Source of the DNA: an uncultured delta proteobacterium
Lineage (GTDB): Bacteria > Desulfobacterota > BSN033 > UBA1163
NCBI GenBank assembly: GCA_963827685.1
Contig: CAWHBU010000005.1
Location: forward strand, 160,001-224,000
Reading direction: 5' to 3'
Length of the DNA stretch: 64,000 bases
Shown here: one piece after another, positions 1-8,237 of the stretch
How positions within the stretch are numbered: the stretch's first letter is position 1
Layout: each line of letters begins with the position of its first letter
Notes under the pieces: generated by a model
What the model was told of the DNA's origin: nothing
Databases searched by the model: none
The model's input: only the letters and a program-made list of their open reading frames with translations
Position numbers and translations under genes: made by a program

Positions 1-135
1 AAGAACAAATTCGTCATATTTCCTCGGTGAATAGGGCTTACCATCACACAGAATCACCTTGTTAATCACTCCATCCCTATCGAGAAAAACAGCTCTTTCC
101 TTGAATAAGGTCTTGGGTTTTGGGTTACAGGTCAT
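1..135 (-). CDS. gmhB: D,D-heptose 1,7-bisphosphate phosphatase (HAD IIIA), 5' part, truncated by window edge
   Basis: Manual translation from ATG at 135: MTCNPKPKTLFKERAVFLDRDGVINKVILCDGKPYSPRKYDEFVL. FLDRDGVIN is the GmhB DxD motif; lies downstream of gmhA. Confidence 0.8.
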   Translation of the reverse strand, partial: MTCNPKPKTLFKERAVFLDRDGVINKVILCDGKPYSPRKYDEFVL

Positions 136-143
136 GGGTAACA
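109..143. repeat. Five phased 7-nt units (GGTnnnn), left arm of inverted pair around first four-helix-bundle gene
   Basis: GGT at 109,116,123,130,137 (ggtcttg ggttttg ggttaca ggtcatg ggtaaca). Confidence 0.85.
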
Positions 144-184
144 AAAGCAAGGTAATGATCGGAGATAGGTAAATAAAAAGATTC

Positions 185-573
185 CTATTCCTTTCTGGAG
201 GATTTCCAGATCTCTAAAGATTTTTCAAGGGCTGTTAACATTCGACCACATTCATCGTACCGATTCATAAGGTCATCAAATTTATCTTTTTCAAAATAAT
301 TTTTTTAAAAACCATTTTGAGATGATGCTTTGATTCTCTTATTTCAGCATGTGCTCTGTTGATTCCTTCCAAATACATGTTAATATGTCTATTATTCCAG
401 CCCTCAGCTATGTTAGCAGGAGCAGAATTTGAGGAGCGCCTTAACTGAGAACCAAGTTCAAAGAGTTCGAAACTTGGAAATGTAAAAGTTAGCTCATTTA
501 CTTCTAAATGAAGTTCACATAACTTCTGATATACCTCCAAATCCTCAAAACTCTTAATCCTCTTTTTTCCCAT
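185..573 (-). pseudogene. Four-helix-bundle protein (IVS/TIGR02436-like), frameshifted at an A7 run
   Basis: SFEDLEVYQ...SQLRRSSNSAPANIAEG signature. ORF stops at 265, but the -1 frame after TTTAAAAAAA (300-311) reads NYFEKDKFDDLMNRYDECGRMLTALEKSLEIWKSSRKE*, the expected last helix, ending at 185. Confidence 0.8.
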
Positions 574-649
574 TTGCTAACATGCTTTTTAAATTATGAA
601 AGCATTCCTAATACATTACTTAATCCCGCCCATGTTATGTATGAAAGTA

Positions 650-685
650 ATTTACCTAAAACCTCTAACCTAACACCAAAAACCT
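650..685. repeat. Five phased 7-nt units (ACC), right arm, inverted relative to 109-143
   Basis: ACC at 654,661,668,675,682. Reverse complement of 652-685 matches 108-141 at 26/34 nt. Overlaps the gmhA stop codon. Confidence 0.85.
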
Positions 686-1286
686 ATCTCTTCTGAACAC
701 TTTCCCACTTCATTTCTGATATCTTGAGGGAAGGATGCGAAACGATAAGGTGTAAAATAATACTTTGAAAAGATTCGGTATGAGGGGTAATTGTCTCCTG
801 GTTAACTGTTGGCACAATTACACATGCATCAGCAATCTTTGCTGTATACCCCCCATCTCTACCAACAATTCCCAAGACTTTTGCCCCTATTTCCTTTGCA
901 TAATCCAAGGCGCGGATTAGATTAACACTGATATTCTTTTCCGAGTTCCCTCCTCCCACAGAGAGCACAAACACACTATCACCGGAAGTAAGTTTACTTC
1001 CCTTTAACCAATCAACAAAAACAGATTCCCAGCCACTGTCATTCGTCCGTGCGGTTAATTCAGAGACATTGTCTATTGGCGTATAGGCTTCGATCCCACA
1101 AATCTTTCTGAAGTCATTGACAGCATGAGAGGCGTTTGCAGCCCCCCCACCTACTCCCAGAAAGAAAAGACGACCGCCTCTTCCTCGCAGTTCAATTATT
1201 GATTCCGCTATTCGCTGAATATCGCCCTTGTTGAGTGACTGAATTACCTTTTGTGTCTCACTCAAGTATTGATCTATATAGTGCAT
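684..1286 (-). CDS. gmhA: Phosphoheptose isomerase (SIS domain)
   Basis: GVGGGAANASH, SELTARTND, LSVGGG and PHTESFQ SIS/GmhA-like motifs; heptose-pathway context. Confidence 0.85.
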   Translation of the reverse strand: MHYIDQYLSETQKVIQSLNKGDIQRIAESIIELRGRGGRLFFLGVGGGAANASHAVNDFRKICGIEAYTPIDNVSELTARTNDSGWESVFVDWLKGSKLTSGDSVFVLSVGGGNSEKNISVNLIRALDYAKEIGAKVLGIVGRDGGYTAKIADACVIVPTVNQETITPHTESFQSIILHLIVSHPSLKISEMKWESVQKR

Positions 1287-1296
1287 AAGGGCCTCG

Positions 1297-1339
1297 AAAA
1301 GTTGATAAGTTTATGAGTTAATAGGTTGATGGGTTATAA
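1297..1339. repeat. Five phased 8-nt units (GTTnATnn), left arm around second four-helix-bundle gene
   Basis: GTT at 1301,1309,1317,1325,1333. Arm abuts the gmhA RBS (GAGG on minus strand, 1292-1295). Confidence 0.85.
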
Positions 1340-1358
1340 AAAATGTAAAAAGCGATAC

Positions 1359-1760
1359 CTATGAATCCTTATTTTTGCAGCGCTGGAGGTAATTGATGTA
1401 GCCGTTGACAAGGCCAACAGCATTGCTAATAAGCGCACGTCCAGTAGAATAATCTTCTTGGGTAATAAATCCGTCATCCAAAGAAGTGAGCAATTGATCA
1501 ATAAGTTCGTGGAGCGAGCCGCGACTTTGTCTGCAAAACTGAATATTCTCTTGAAAGTGAAACCTCCCGAAGCCTTCTGCTATGTTATGAGTGGTTGACC
1601 GAGCAGCACGTATCATGTCGTCAACGAGACGAAACTTTTCTTCTGGTGGATATTTTTTCACAAGTTTTGATGCAAATCTACGAACCTCGGAACATGCTTT
1701 CCAAGAGTCAAGCTCCTCAAAGCTCGTAAACCTTTTTTTCTTAGAACTTTCTTCATCCAC
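1359..1760 (-). CDS. Four-helix-bundle protein (IVS/TIGR02436-like)
   Basis: FTSFEELDSWK...EEKFRLVDDMIRAARSTTHNIAEGFGRFHFQENIQFCRQSRGSLHE family signature; GTG start. Confidence 0.9.
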   Translation of the reverse strand: MDEESSKKKRFTSFEELDSWKACSEVRRFASKLVKKYPPEEKFRLVDDMIRAARSTTHNIAEGFGRFHFQENIQFCRQSRGSLHELIDQLLTSLDDGFITQEDYSTGRALISNAVGLVNGYINYLQRCKNKDS

Positions 1761-1764
1761 TGCC

Positions 1765-1806
1765 TTATAATCTATTAACTTATCAACATATCAACATTTA
1801 ACTTTT
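1765..1806. repeat. Five phased ~8-nt units (AAC), right arm, inverted relative to 1297-1339
   Basis: AAT/AAC at 1769,1777,1785,1793,1800. Reverse complement is aaaagttaaatgttgatatgttgataagttaatagattataa. Begins 3 nt after the epimerase stop. Confidence 0.85.
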
Positions 1807-1809
1807 CAG

Positions 1810-2757
1810 TTACGGGATTCTACCAGTTGCCATTTCTTGCCGGATATAATCAATTGAATTCTGTAACCCTACATCAAGCGGTGTCTTCGGTTTCCAGTCG
1901 AGACTTTCTGCCTGAGTAATATCAGCCAGAGTCACTTGAGCTTCCCCAGGAAGATCATCTTTATAAATGGGATCTGGATTAACTCCAAGGATTCTTGAGA
2001 TTTTATCAAGGATCTCGAGAACAGAATAATTTTCTCCTGAACCGATATTAAACGTTTTTCCATTCGTTCGGTCGTCCCGGATACAAATTAGATGGAAATC
2101 ATTCACATCATCTACATAGACAAAGTCGCGTCTTTTTTCACCAGTTCCATAAATGATCGGCTGCTCACCTTTAAGGAGCTTAATCATAAAGGCGCTCATC
2201 ATGGGGGGAATTGTACGTCGATAATCCTGAACTGGGCCATAGACGCAGAAGTATCGTAACGCTGTAAATCTTAGACCATAAAATTCCCCATACGCTTTGG
2301 CAAAATAAAGAGAAGCCAACTTACTTACTGCATAAAAACTTTCTGGTTTTAATTCCCATTCCGGAGTGGGATAAACGGATGATCCCTCATAAAGCGCAGA
2401 ACTCTCAGCATACACAACCTTTCTCACCCCTGCCCTTCTTGAGGCCTCAAAGACATTTACTGTCCCGGAGACATTGACCTCCGCGGTCTCCACAGGGTCA
2501 GCCTGGCAATCCGCAATACAGTTTTTAGCCGCAAGATGAAAAACCGTATCGACCTCCCTAAATAACGGAATTATCTCTTTCTCCCTAATATCCAGGCAGT
2601 AAAAGTCCACTCCATCTGGAACATTTTCCCTCAGGCCGTAGGCCAGATTGTCAATTCCCGAAACTTCATACCCTTCGGCAAGAAGCCTTGCCGCCAAGTT
2701 GGAGCCAATAAATCCAGCAACACCCGTTATTAAGATTTTTCCTTTATCAGACATCAT
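1810..2757 (-). CDS. NAD-dependent epimerase/dehydratase (extended SDR)
   Basis: GVAGFIG, YAVSK (YxxxK), RYFCVYGP. Confidence 0.9.
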   Translation of the reverse strand: MMSDKGKILITGVAGFIGSNLAARLLAEGYEVSGIDNLAYGLRENVPDGVDFYCLDIREKEIIPLFREVDTVFHLAAKNCIADCQADPVETAEVNVSGTVNVFEASRRAGVRKVVYAESSALYEGSSVYPTPEWELKPESFYAVSKLASLYFAKAYGEFYGLRFTALRYFCVYGPVQDYRRTIPPMMSAFMIKLLKGEQPIIYGTGEKRRDFVYVDDVNDFHLICIRDDRTNGKTFNIGSGENYSVLEILDKISRILGVNPDPIYKDDLPGEAQVTLADITQAESLDWKPKTPLDVGLQNSIDYIRQEMATGRIP

Positions 2758-2806
2758 TTAATCAAGAAATCATCCTCATTTCTTATCAAACGATTTCTCT
2801 AACAAA

Positions 2807-3826
2807 TTACCAGTAAGGCGACCACCCATTTCTTGGATTGAATAAGTTTATGAGAACTTTGGTACCTTCAAAGTCGAACCGAAATCGCATTTCCCTTAGT
2901 CCTTCCTCAGCCATAGCCTTCCTCATGCGGTCTCGATGCTCTTCACAGTAAAACATGAAAAAACCTCCGCCGCCCGCGCCCATAATTTTCCCGCCGATAG
3001 CACCATTCTCTTTGGCTTTTTCATAGAGCCGATCAATTTTTGAATCAGATATTTTTCCTGAAAGATTTTTCTTGGTTTTCCAATGTTTGTCAAGGAGATA
3101 ACCAAACTTGGCCAAATTTCCGTCCTCTAAGGCACCTTTGATTTGGTATCCTATTTCTTTGATTCGGTGAAGAGTATCAACCACACGGCTATCTTCTTCT
3201 GCGGCTGCCTTACTTTGGGAAGAAAGAATGTCATTCGCTCCTCTTGAGATCCCTGTAAAGAAAAGAAGAATATTTTTTTCAAGCTCATCAATGGTGGCAT
3301 GACTTATCTGGCCATTACAAACTCCTACTTTGCCATCCTTTTCAATTTCTAAACACGTTAATCCTCCGAATGCGGCCAGATACTGATCATGTTTTCCTAT
3401 TGGCTTACCGAGAATGTCAATCTCGATTTTACAGGCCTCCTCAGCGAGATCTTGAAGGGTTAGTGAATCGCGTCTCAGAGCGTGAAGTGCGTTTAGTAAC
3501 CCAATAGTATAAGCACCGGAGGAGCCCAATCCAGTTCCTGCAGGCACGTCAGCCATTGAGACTATTTCGATTGCTTTCTTAAACCCAAGTAATTTTAAGG
3601 CTTCTCGCACAATTTCGTGTTGTACGTCATCTACTGAGGGAATCGTCTCGCTCTTGGAATATTTTACACGGATTAGATCGTCGACAATTGGCTGGTTCAA
3701 ACTGATGAACATGTATTTATCGATTGCCGCACTGAAAATAAAACCGCCATATTTGGAGTAATAGGAAGGAAGATCCGTACCTCCACCACCTAACGAAACT
3801 CGAAAAGGAGTACGTGTAATAATCAT
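2807..3826 (-). CDS. hddA: GHMP kinase, heptose-7-phosphate kinase-like
   Basis: TPFRVSLGGGGTD, PAGTGLGSSG, GKIMGAGGGGF. Confidence 0.8.
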   Translation of the reverse strand: MIITRTPFRVSLGGGGTDLPSYYSKYGGFIFSAAIDKYMFISLNQPIVDDLIRVKYSKSETIPSVDDVQHEIVREALKLLGFKKAIEIVSMADVPAGTGLGSSGAYTIGLLNALHALRRDSLTLQDLAEEACKIEIDILGKPIGKHDQYLAAFGGLTCLEIEKDGKVGVCNGQISHATIDELEKNILLFFTGISRGANDILSSQSKAAAEEDSRVVDTLHRIKEIGYQIKGALEDGNLAKFGYLLDKHWKTKKNLSGKISDSKIDRLYEKAKENGAIGGKIMGAGGGGFFMFYCEEHRDRMRKAMAEEGLREMRFRFDFEGTKVLINLFNPRNGWSPYW

Positions 3827-3841
3827 AATAAAACCCCCAAG

Positions 3842-4567
3842 TTATTGGTTAATTGTTATTCGATCTGCAAATATTCCTTGGACCCTTTCATAGTCTTCCA
3901 TCCTATCAATCCACCAGATTTGTTCGCCCGCACTGAATTTATAACCGTAAAGACTTTCACCTTTTGCCAATAGATTCGGTAGTATCTCCCTACCAAAGTC
4001 GGAAGGTGCGCCGGAGGGAATGTATTGAAACACCTGCTTCTCAAGCACTAAAACACCTGCGTTCACCCAATGACTGATCGCCTGGTTTGCCCGGGGCTTT
4101 TCTAAAAAATACGTAACCCTGTCATAGGCGTCGAGAGAAACCACGCCGCTCTGGCTCACTTCATCGCGGTAGTGAACCACGATTGTACCAATGCCCTGAT
4201 GTTCATGATGGAACGAAAGTAAACGGTTTAGATCGAAATCAATCAAATTATCGCCGTATATGACAAAAAAGGTGCCCTCAAAAAACCCCTCAAGCTTCTT
4301 AACAGCCCCTGCTGTGCCCAGAAGCTCAGGCTCATAGGAATAAGTAATGTTTACACCAAAACTCGAGCCATCACCGAAATGATTCATCACAACTTCAGGA
4401 CAATGATGCAGGTTAATAGCAATCTCATGGATTCCCGAACGGGAGAGGAAGTTAATGTTATGTTCCAGAATAGGCTTGCCAGCGATGGGAATCATGGGCT
4501 TGGGCAATGTCTCAGTAAGCGGACGGAGGCGTGTACCCTCACCTGCGGCGAGCAATAAAACCTTCAT
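3842..4567 (-). CDS. NDP-sugar nucleotidyltransferase (HddC/Man-1-P guanylyltransferase-like)
   Basis: LAAGEGTRLRPLT...PKPM, GTAGA, VIYGD. Confidence 0.85.
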   Translation of the reverse strand: MKVLLLAAGEGTRLRPLTETLPKPMIPIAGKPILEHNINFLSRSGIHEIAINLHHCPEVVMNHFGDGSSFGVNITYSYEPELLGTAGAVKKLEGFFEGTFFVIYGDNLIDFDLNRLLSFHHEHQGIGTIVVHYRDEVSQSGVVSLDAYDRVTYFLEKPRANQAISHWVNAGVLVLEKQVFQYIPSGAPSDFGREILPNLLAKGESLYGYKFSAGEQIWWIDRMEDYERVQGIFADRITINQ

Positions 4568-4594
4568 GATTTTTGCAGAATTTTTGGATTGGGC

Positions 4595-5647
4595 TTATCC
4601 TAAATGAACAACATAACCGCTTCGTGAGGATTCATAAATTGCATCGATTAGGCGCATTGCTTGTAAACCGTCCACACCATTGGCTACTGGTTGACGCGCT
4701 TCATGGATTGCTGTGGCAAATTCAGTCCATTCAGCGTGCCACGAGCAATCGGGGCCGGGGAATTCGAAATGTTCTTCGTCAGGTGGACCTGACTCGGCAT
4801 GCCGTTTACTCCATGTTAAACGCTCCAACCCGTAATTGCCGCCTAAGCCATCCACACAAAGATATCCGTTCTTTCCAAAAATTTCGAAAGAAAACCGGTT
4901 CTTCCACTGTGTCCAACTTGTATGCCATTGAGCGACCCGACCGTCATCAGTGCGGAGCACGACGAAGGCGTTGTCCTCCAGTTGGTAACTCAGGGCAGTC
5001 TCTCGGCTACCACCCTGAGTCTTGAAATATCCCAGATCCCAGAAATAGGTTGCAATTGAGCCAAAGGCTTCCCCAAAATCGCCCATAAACCAGCGGCAGA
5101 GGTCTATGATATGTACTCCCTGATCGAGAAGCTCTCCGCCACCAGCCAAATCAGGATCAGCCCGCCATTCTTTGTCGTAACCGGGCCGGCCACCGTGTCC
5201 ATACACCGCTCGTATGAACATGATGGGACCGATTGAACCCTGGCTGCACAGTTCGTGAGCCCTCAAAATTGCCGGGTGATGGCGGTGATTGAAACCAGTC
5301 TTTAAAAGAAGATTTGCGCGCCGAGCAGCTTCGACCATCTGATGGGCCTCATTGCAGTTGCGACCCAGCGGTTTTTCGCACAGAACGTGCTTGCCGTGTT
5401 CCATCGCCGCAACGGTAACCGGCATCAGAAACTTATTCGTCGTTGAGACAATCACAGCTTCAATATCGTCCCTGGTCACAACCTCTTGCCAATTCGTCGT
5501 CGCCAAGCAATCCATTTCCGCTGCTAAACTTCTGGCGCGCAACCCATCAATGTCTGCCACAATGATGAGCTCATCGTCCTTCGATTGGTGCACGACATTG
5601 GCTCTACGCTTCCCTATTAGACCGCACCCAACAATGCCAATTTTCAT
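4595..5647 (-). CDS. Gfo/Idh/MocA oxidoreductase
   Basis: GIVGCGLIG, HVLCEKP, GGGELLDQGVHIID. Confidence 0.9.
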   Translation of the reverse strand: MKIGIVGCGLIGKRRANVVHQSKDDELIIVADIDGLRARSLAAEMDCLATTNWQEVVTRDDIEAVIVSTTNKFLMPVTVAAMEHGKHVLCEKPLGRNCNEAHQMVEAARRANLLLKTGFNHRHHPAILRAHELCSQGSIGPIMFIRAVYGHGGRPGYDKEWRADPDLAGGGELLDQGVHIIDLCRWFMGDFGEAFGSIATYFWDLGYFKTQGGSRETALSYQLEDNAFVVLRTDDGRVAQWHTSWTQWKNRFSFEIFGKNGYLCVDGLGGNYGLERLTWSKRHAESGPPDEEHFEFPGPDCSWHAEWTEFATAIHEARQPVANGVDGLQAMRLIDAIYESSRSGYVVHLG

Positions 5648-5650
5648 CTA

Positions 5651-6511
5651 TTAACCCAAATCCTTGATCAGAGGTTTGATCGTAAAGGGATCCAGGCGAC
5701 GAATCGTATACATGGGCGTGGCATTGAGTTCATCTGCCTTTCCTACCCACTCCTGCCATGGATCATGAGGTGCACTAATTAATTTGCCTGTTAAAGTACC
5801 GGATTCATCCGACGCAAGAAATATGGCTAGGGCAACAACCGCTTCCAAAGAATCACCACCACTGTGTTTTTGTCGTTTTGCCTGGGATAAGGCGAATTCA
5901 CCCACTGCATCACCAGCAGCCAGAACTTCATCCAACATTCGTGTATTGATCGCACCGGGAGCAATTGCATTGACCTGGATGTTAAAGGGTTTAACTTCTT
6001 CGGCCACTGTCTCTGTGAACCGCACTAACGCTGCCTTGGAGGCTGCGTAGGCAGAGAAGTTGGGACGGGGTGCTGTAGCACCACCCCCGGACAGGTTGAT
6101 AATCTTTCCTCGCTGTCGCTCGATCATGCCAGGAAGCACAGCCTTGCAACATAGCATCGGCCCCACTAAATTCACCAGGATTGTCTGAATCCAGTCTTGG
6201 GAGTCACATTCGACAATCAGACCAATTGGTGGCTGGCGGCCAGCATTATTGATTAAAATATCAATCTTCCCAAATTTGGCCAAAACCATCTGGATAAGCT
6301 GCTCTACAGAAGCAGGATCTGACACGTCGGTTGGTATTACAACTGCCTTACGCCCCATTTTCTGAATCTCGATAGCGCTCTTTTCAAGCTCCTTTTGTGT
6401 TCTTGCAGTTAAAACAACATTGGCTCCTTCCTGAGCGAAGCCATGTGCCAAAGCCTTTCCAATGCCACGGCCAGCACCAGTAATCAGTACAACCCTATTT
6501 TTGAGTTTCAT
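5651..6511 (-). CDS. Short-chain dehydrogenase/reductase
   Basis: TGAGRGIG, NNAG, YAASK. Confidence 0.9.
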   Translation of the reverse strand: MKLKNRVVLITGAGRGIGKALAHGFAQEGANVVLTARTQKELEKSAIEIQKMGRKAVVIPTDVSDPASVEQLIQMVLAKFGKIDILINNAGRQPPIGLIVECDSQDWIQTILVNLVGPMLCCKAVLPGMIERQRGKIINLSGGGATAPRPNFSAYAASKAALVRFTETVAEEVKPFNIQVNAIAPGAINTRMLDEVLAAGDAVGEFALSQAKRQKHSGGDSLEAVVALAIFLASDESGTLTGKLISAPHDPWQEWVGKADELNATPMYTIRRLDPFTIKPLIKDLG

Positions 6512-6570
6512 TAGTCTTTATAGTCCCTCTGGTCTATTTAGTCTATCTGGTTTATTGGATCTATTTAGCC
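6512..6570. repeat. Phased 9-nt tandem array (single arm) directly upstream of SDR start
   Basis: tagtcttta tagtccctc tggtctatt tagtctatc tggtttatt ggatctatt tagcc. Confidence 0.75.
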
Positions 6571-6631
6571 TTCCTTGTCCACCTGGTAAATGAAAATTTG
6601 ACTTAAAAATTAAGTCAGAGCGGGAGGGTAA

Positions 6632-8068
6632 TTACTGGCCTGTGCCTTTGAGGACGACCCAGGCCGTTTTGGCTAGGATCTTCATGTCGAGCCATAACGA
6701 CCAATTATCGATATATTCAAGGTCCATCCGCACCCATTCGTTGAAATCATTGATCTTGTTTCTCCCATTAGCTTGCCAGAGGCATGTAATGCCGGGTTTG
6801 ATGCTTAGCTTTCTTCTATGCCAGCTCTCATACCGAACCAATTCATGAGGGCCTGCCGGTCTGGGACCAACTAAGCTTATTTCTCCCCTAAACACACTCC
6901 ATAGTTGAGGTAGTTCATCAAGACTGTATTTTCGCAGAAATTTTCCCACCCTTGTAATCCTTGGATCATTTTTAATCTTAAAGACAGGACCTTTCATCTC
7001 ATTTAATTGGGCCAGCGTTTCTTTAATATCATCAGCATTGGCTAGCATTGTCCGAAACTTCCAACTCCGAAAAGGTTTCTTATTAAAGCCCACAACGTTC
7101 CACTTATAAAAAACTGGACCTCCGGAGGTTGATTTGATTAGTATTCCTATCACCAAGAAAAGCGGAGAGAGAACGATCAGCAAAGTTCCGGATATAAGAA
7201 TATCAATCAACCTTTTCAAATATAGGGCCCACTCATTATGGGGAGTATTTAAATAACTAATGATCGACAATCCATAAACATTATCTACATTAACTTTTTT
7301 GGTCAGCTTCCCCAGAAAGTCAGAATTAATGCGGATTTGAACCCCCTCTCGTTCACAGATTTCAAAAACTTCTTCAAACTCGAGGCGGCCCAATTCATTG
7401 CCTGAGGCACATACGATTACTTCGTCCACAGAATATTGATGAAGGATCTCTGCGATCTCTTTATTGCTCCCGAGGATCCTCTTCCCATAGCGTTCCTTCT
7501 CTTTGAGGGAATCACGATCCACCACGAGCCCAACGATATCCAGTCCCCATCCGAGATTCGCTTCAATGGTTTCAATGAAGGTCTTTGTCCTCGATCCAGC
7601 CCCAACGACAAGGACTTTCTTTCTATTTTTTCCCTTTCCCCGAATCTCTTTTGCAACTTTAAAGAGAATGACTTTTTCTCCGGCAAGGCTGATAAAGTTT
7701 ATAATGAAAAAGATACCAATGTAAGTTCGGGGAAAATATTCAAAACGGAATATGGAGTAAGCAGCAGAAAGGATGAGGGTGCCAATTAAAGAAGCCTTTC
7801 CAACATGTTTCATTTCCCGCTGAAAGGAAGTAAACCTTTGATAGGTGTAGGCCCCCAGCCTCGTGAGAATAATCACCCATACGATGGCAAAAACAATGAT
7901 TTTCCAAAAAAGATCATGGGCGATTTCAATATCTCTTCCAAGGGGGGCCCACGGAAAGGTTAGTCTTGCCCAGTTCCAGACGAAATACGCTGCTAAGAAG
8001 CTGAAGGCAGTAGTTAGAGCATCAGCCAGTTGGGCAATTCTTCTATGATAACTCGGCCGCCAGAGCAT
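6632..8068 (-). CDS. Polyprenyl glycosylphosphotransferase (priming sugar transferase, WcaJ/WbaP-like)
   Basis: N-terminal TM helices; KFRTM...DPRITRVGKFLRKYSLDELPQL...GPRP. Confidence 0.92.
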   Translation of the reverse strand: MLWRPSYHRRIAQLADALTTAFSFLAAYFVWNWARLTFPWAPLGRDIEIAHDLFWKIIVFAIVWVIILTRLGAYTYQRFTSFQREMKHVGKASLIGTLILSAAYSIFRFEYFPRTYIGIFFIINFISLAGEKVILFKVAKEIRGKGKNRKKVLVVGAGSRTKTFIETIEANLGWGLDIVGLVVDRDSLKEKERYGKRILGSNKEIAEILHQYSVDEVIVCASGNELGRLEFEEVFEICEREGVQIRINSDFLGKLTKKVNVDNVYGLSIISYLNTPHNEWALYLKRLIDILISGTLLIVLSPLFLVIGILIKSTSGGPVFYKWNVVGFNKKPFRSWKFRTMLANADDIKETLAQLNEMKGPVFKIKNDPRITRVGKFLRKYSLDELPQLWSVFRGEISLVGPRPAGPHELVRYESWHRRKLSIKPGITCLWQANGRNKINDFNEWVRMDLEYIDNWSLWLDMKILAKTAWVVLKGTGQ

Positions 8069-8237
8069 TAAAACTTTTCTCTAAAAAGTTACCATCCGAA
8101 TTTGATATGAGAATATATCTACTGGATTCTTAGTAGGCTCCATATTGAAAGTTCTTCTTCCAATTTCATTCCTCCGAGTTTGTAGCCGACTCAACTGTCT
8201 ACTTTTGTCTTTCTGAAATGCACAACGATTTCAGATT

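Noticed and set aside
185-1760. Diversity-generating retroelement, because the four-helix-bundle proteins resemble Avd
   Set aside because: No reverse transcriptase ORF and no TR/VR pair differing at adenines was seen in the window; one beyond the left edge cannot be excluded.
185-1760. 23S rRNA intervening sequence
   Set aside because: The flanks are protein-coding heptose genes; no rRNA sequence is present.
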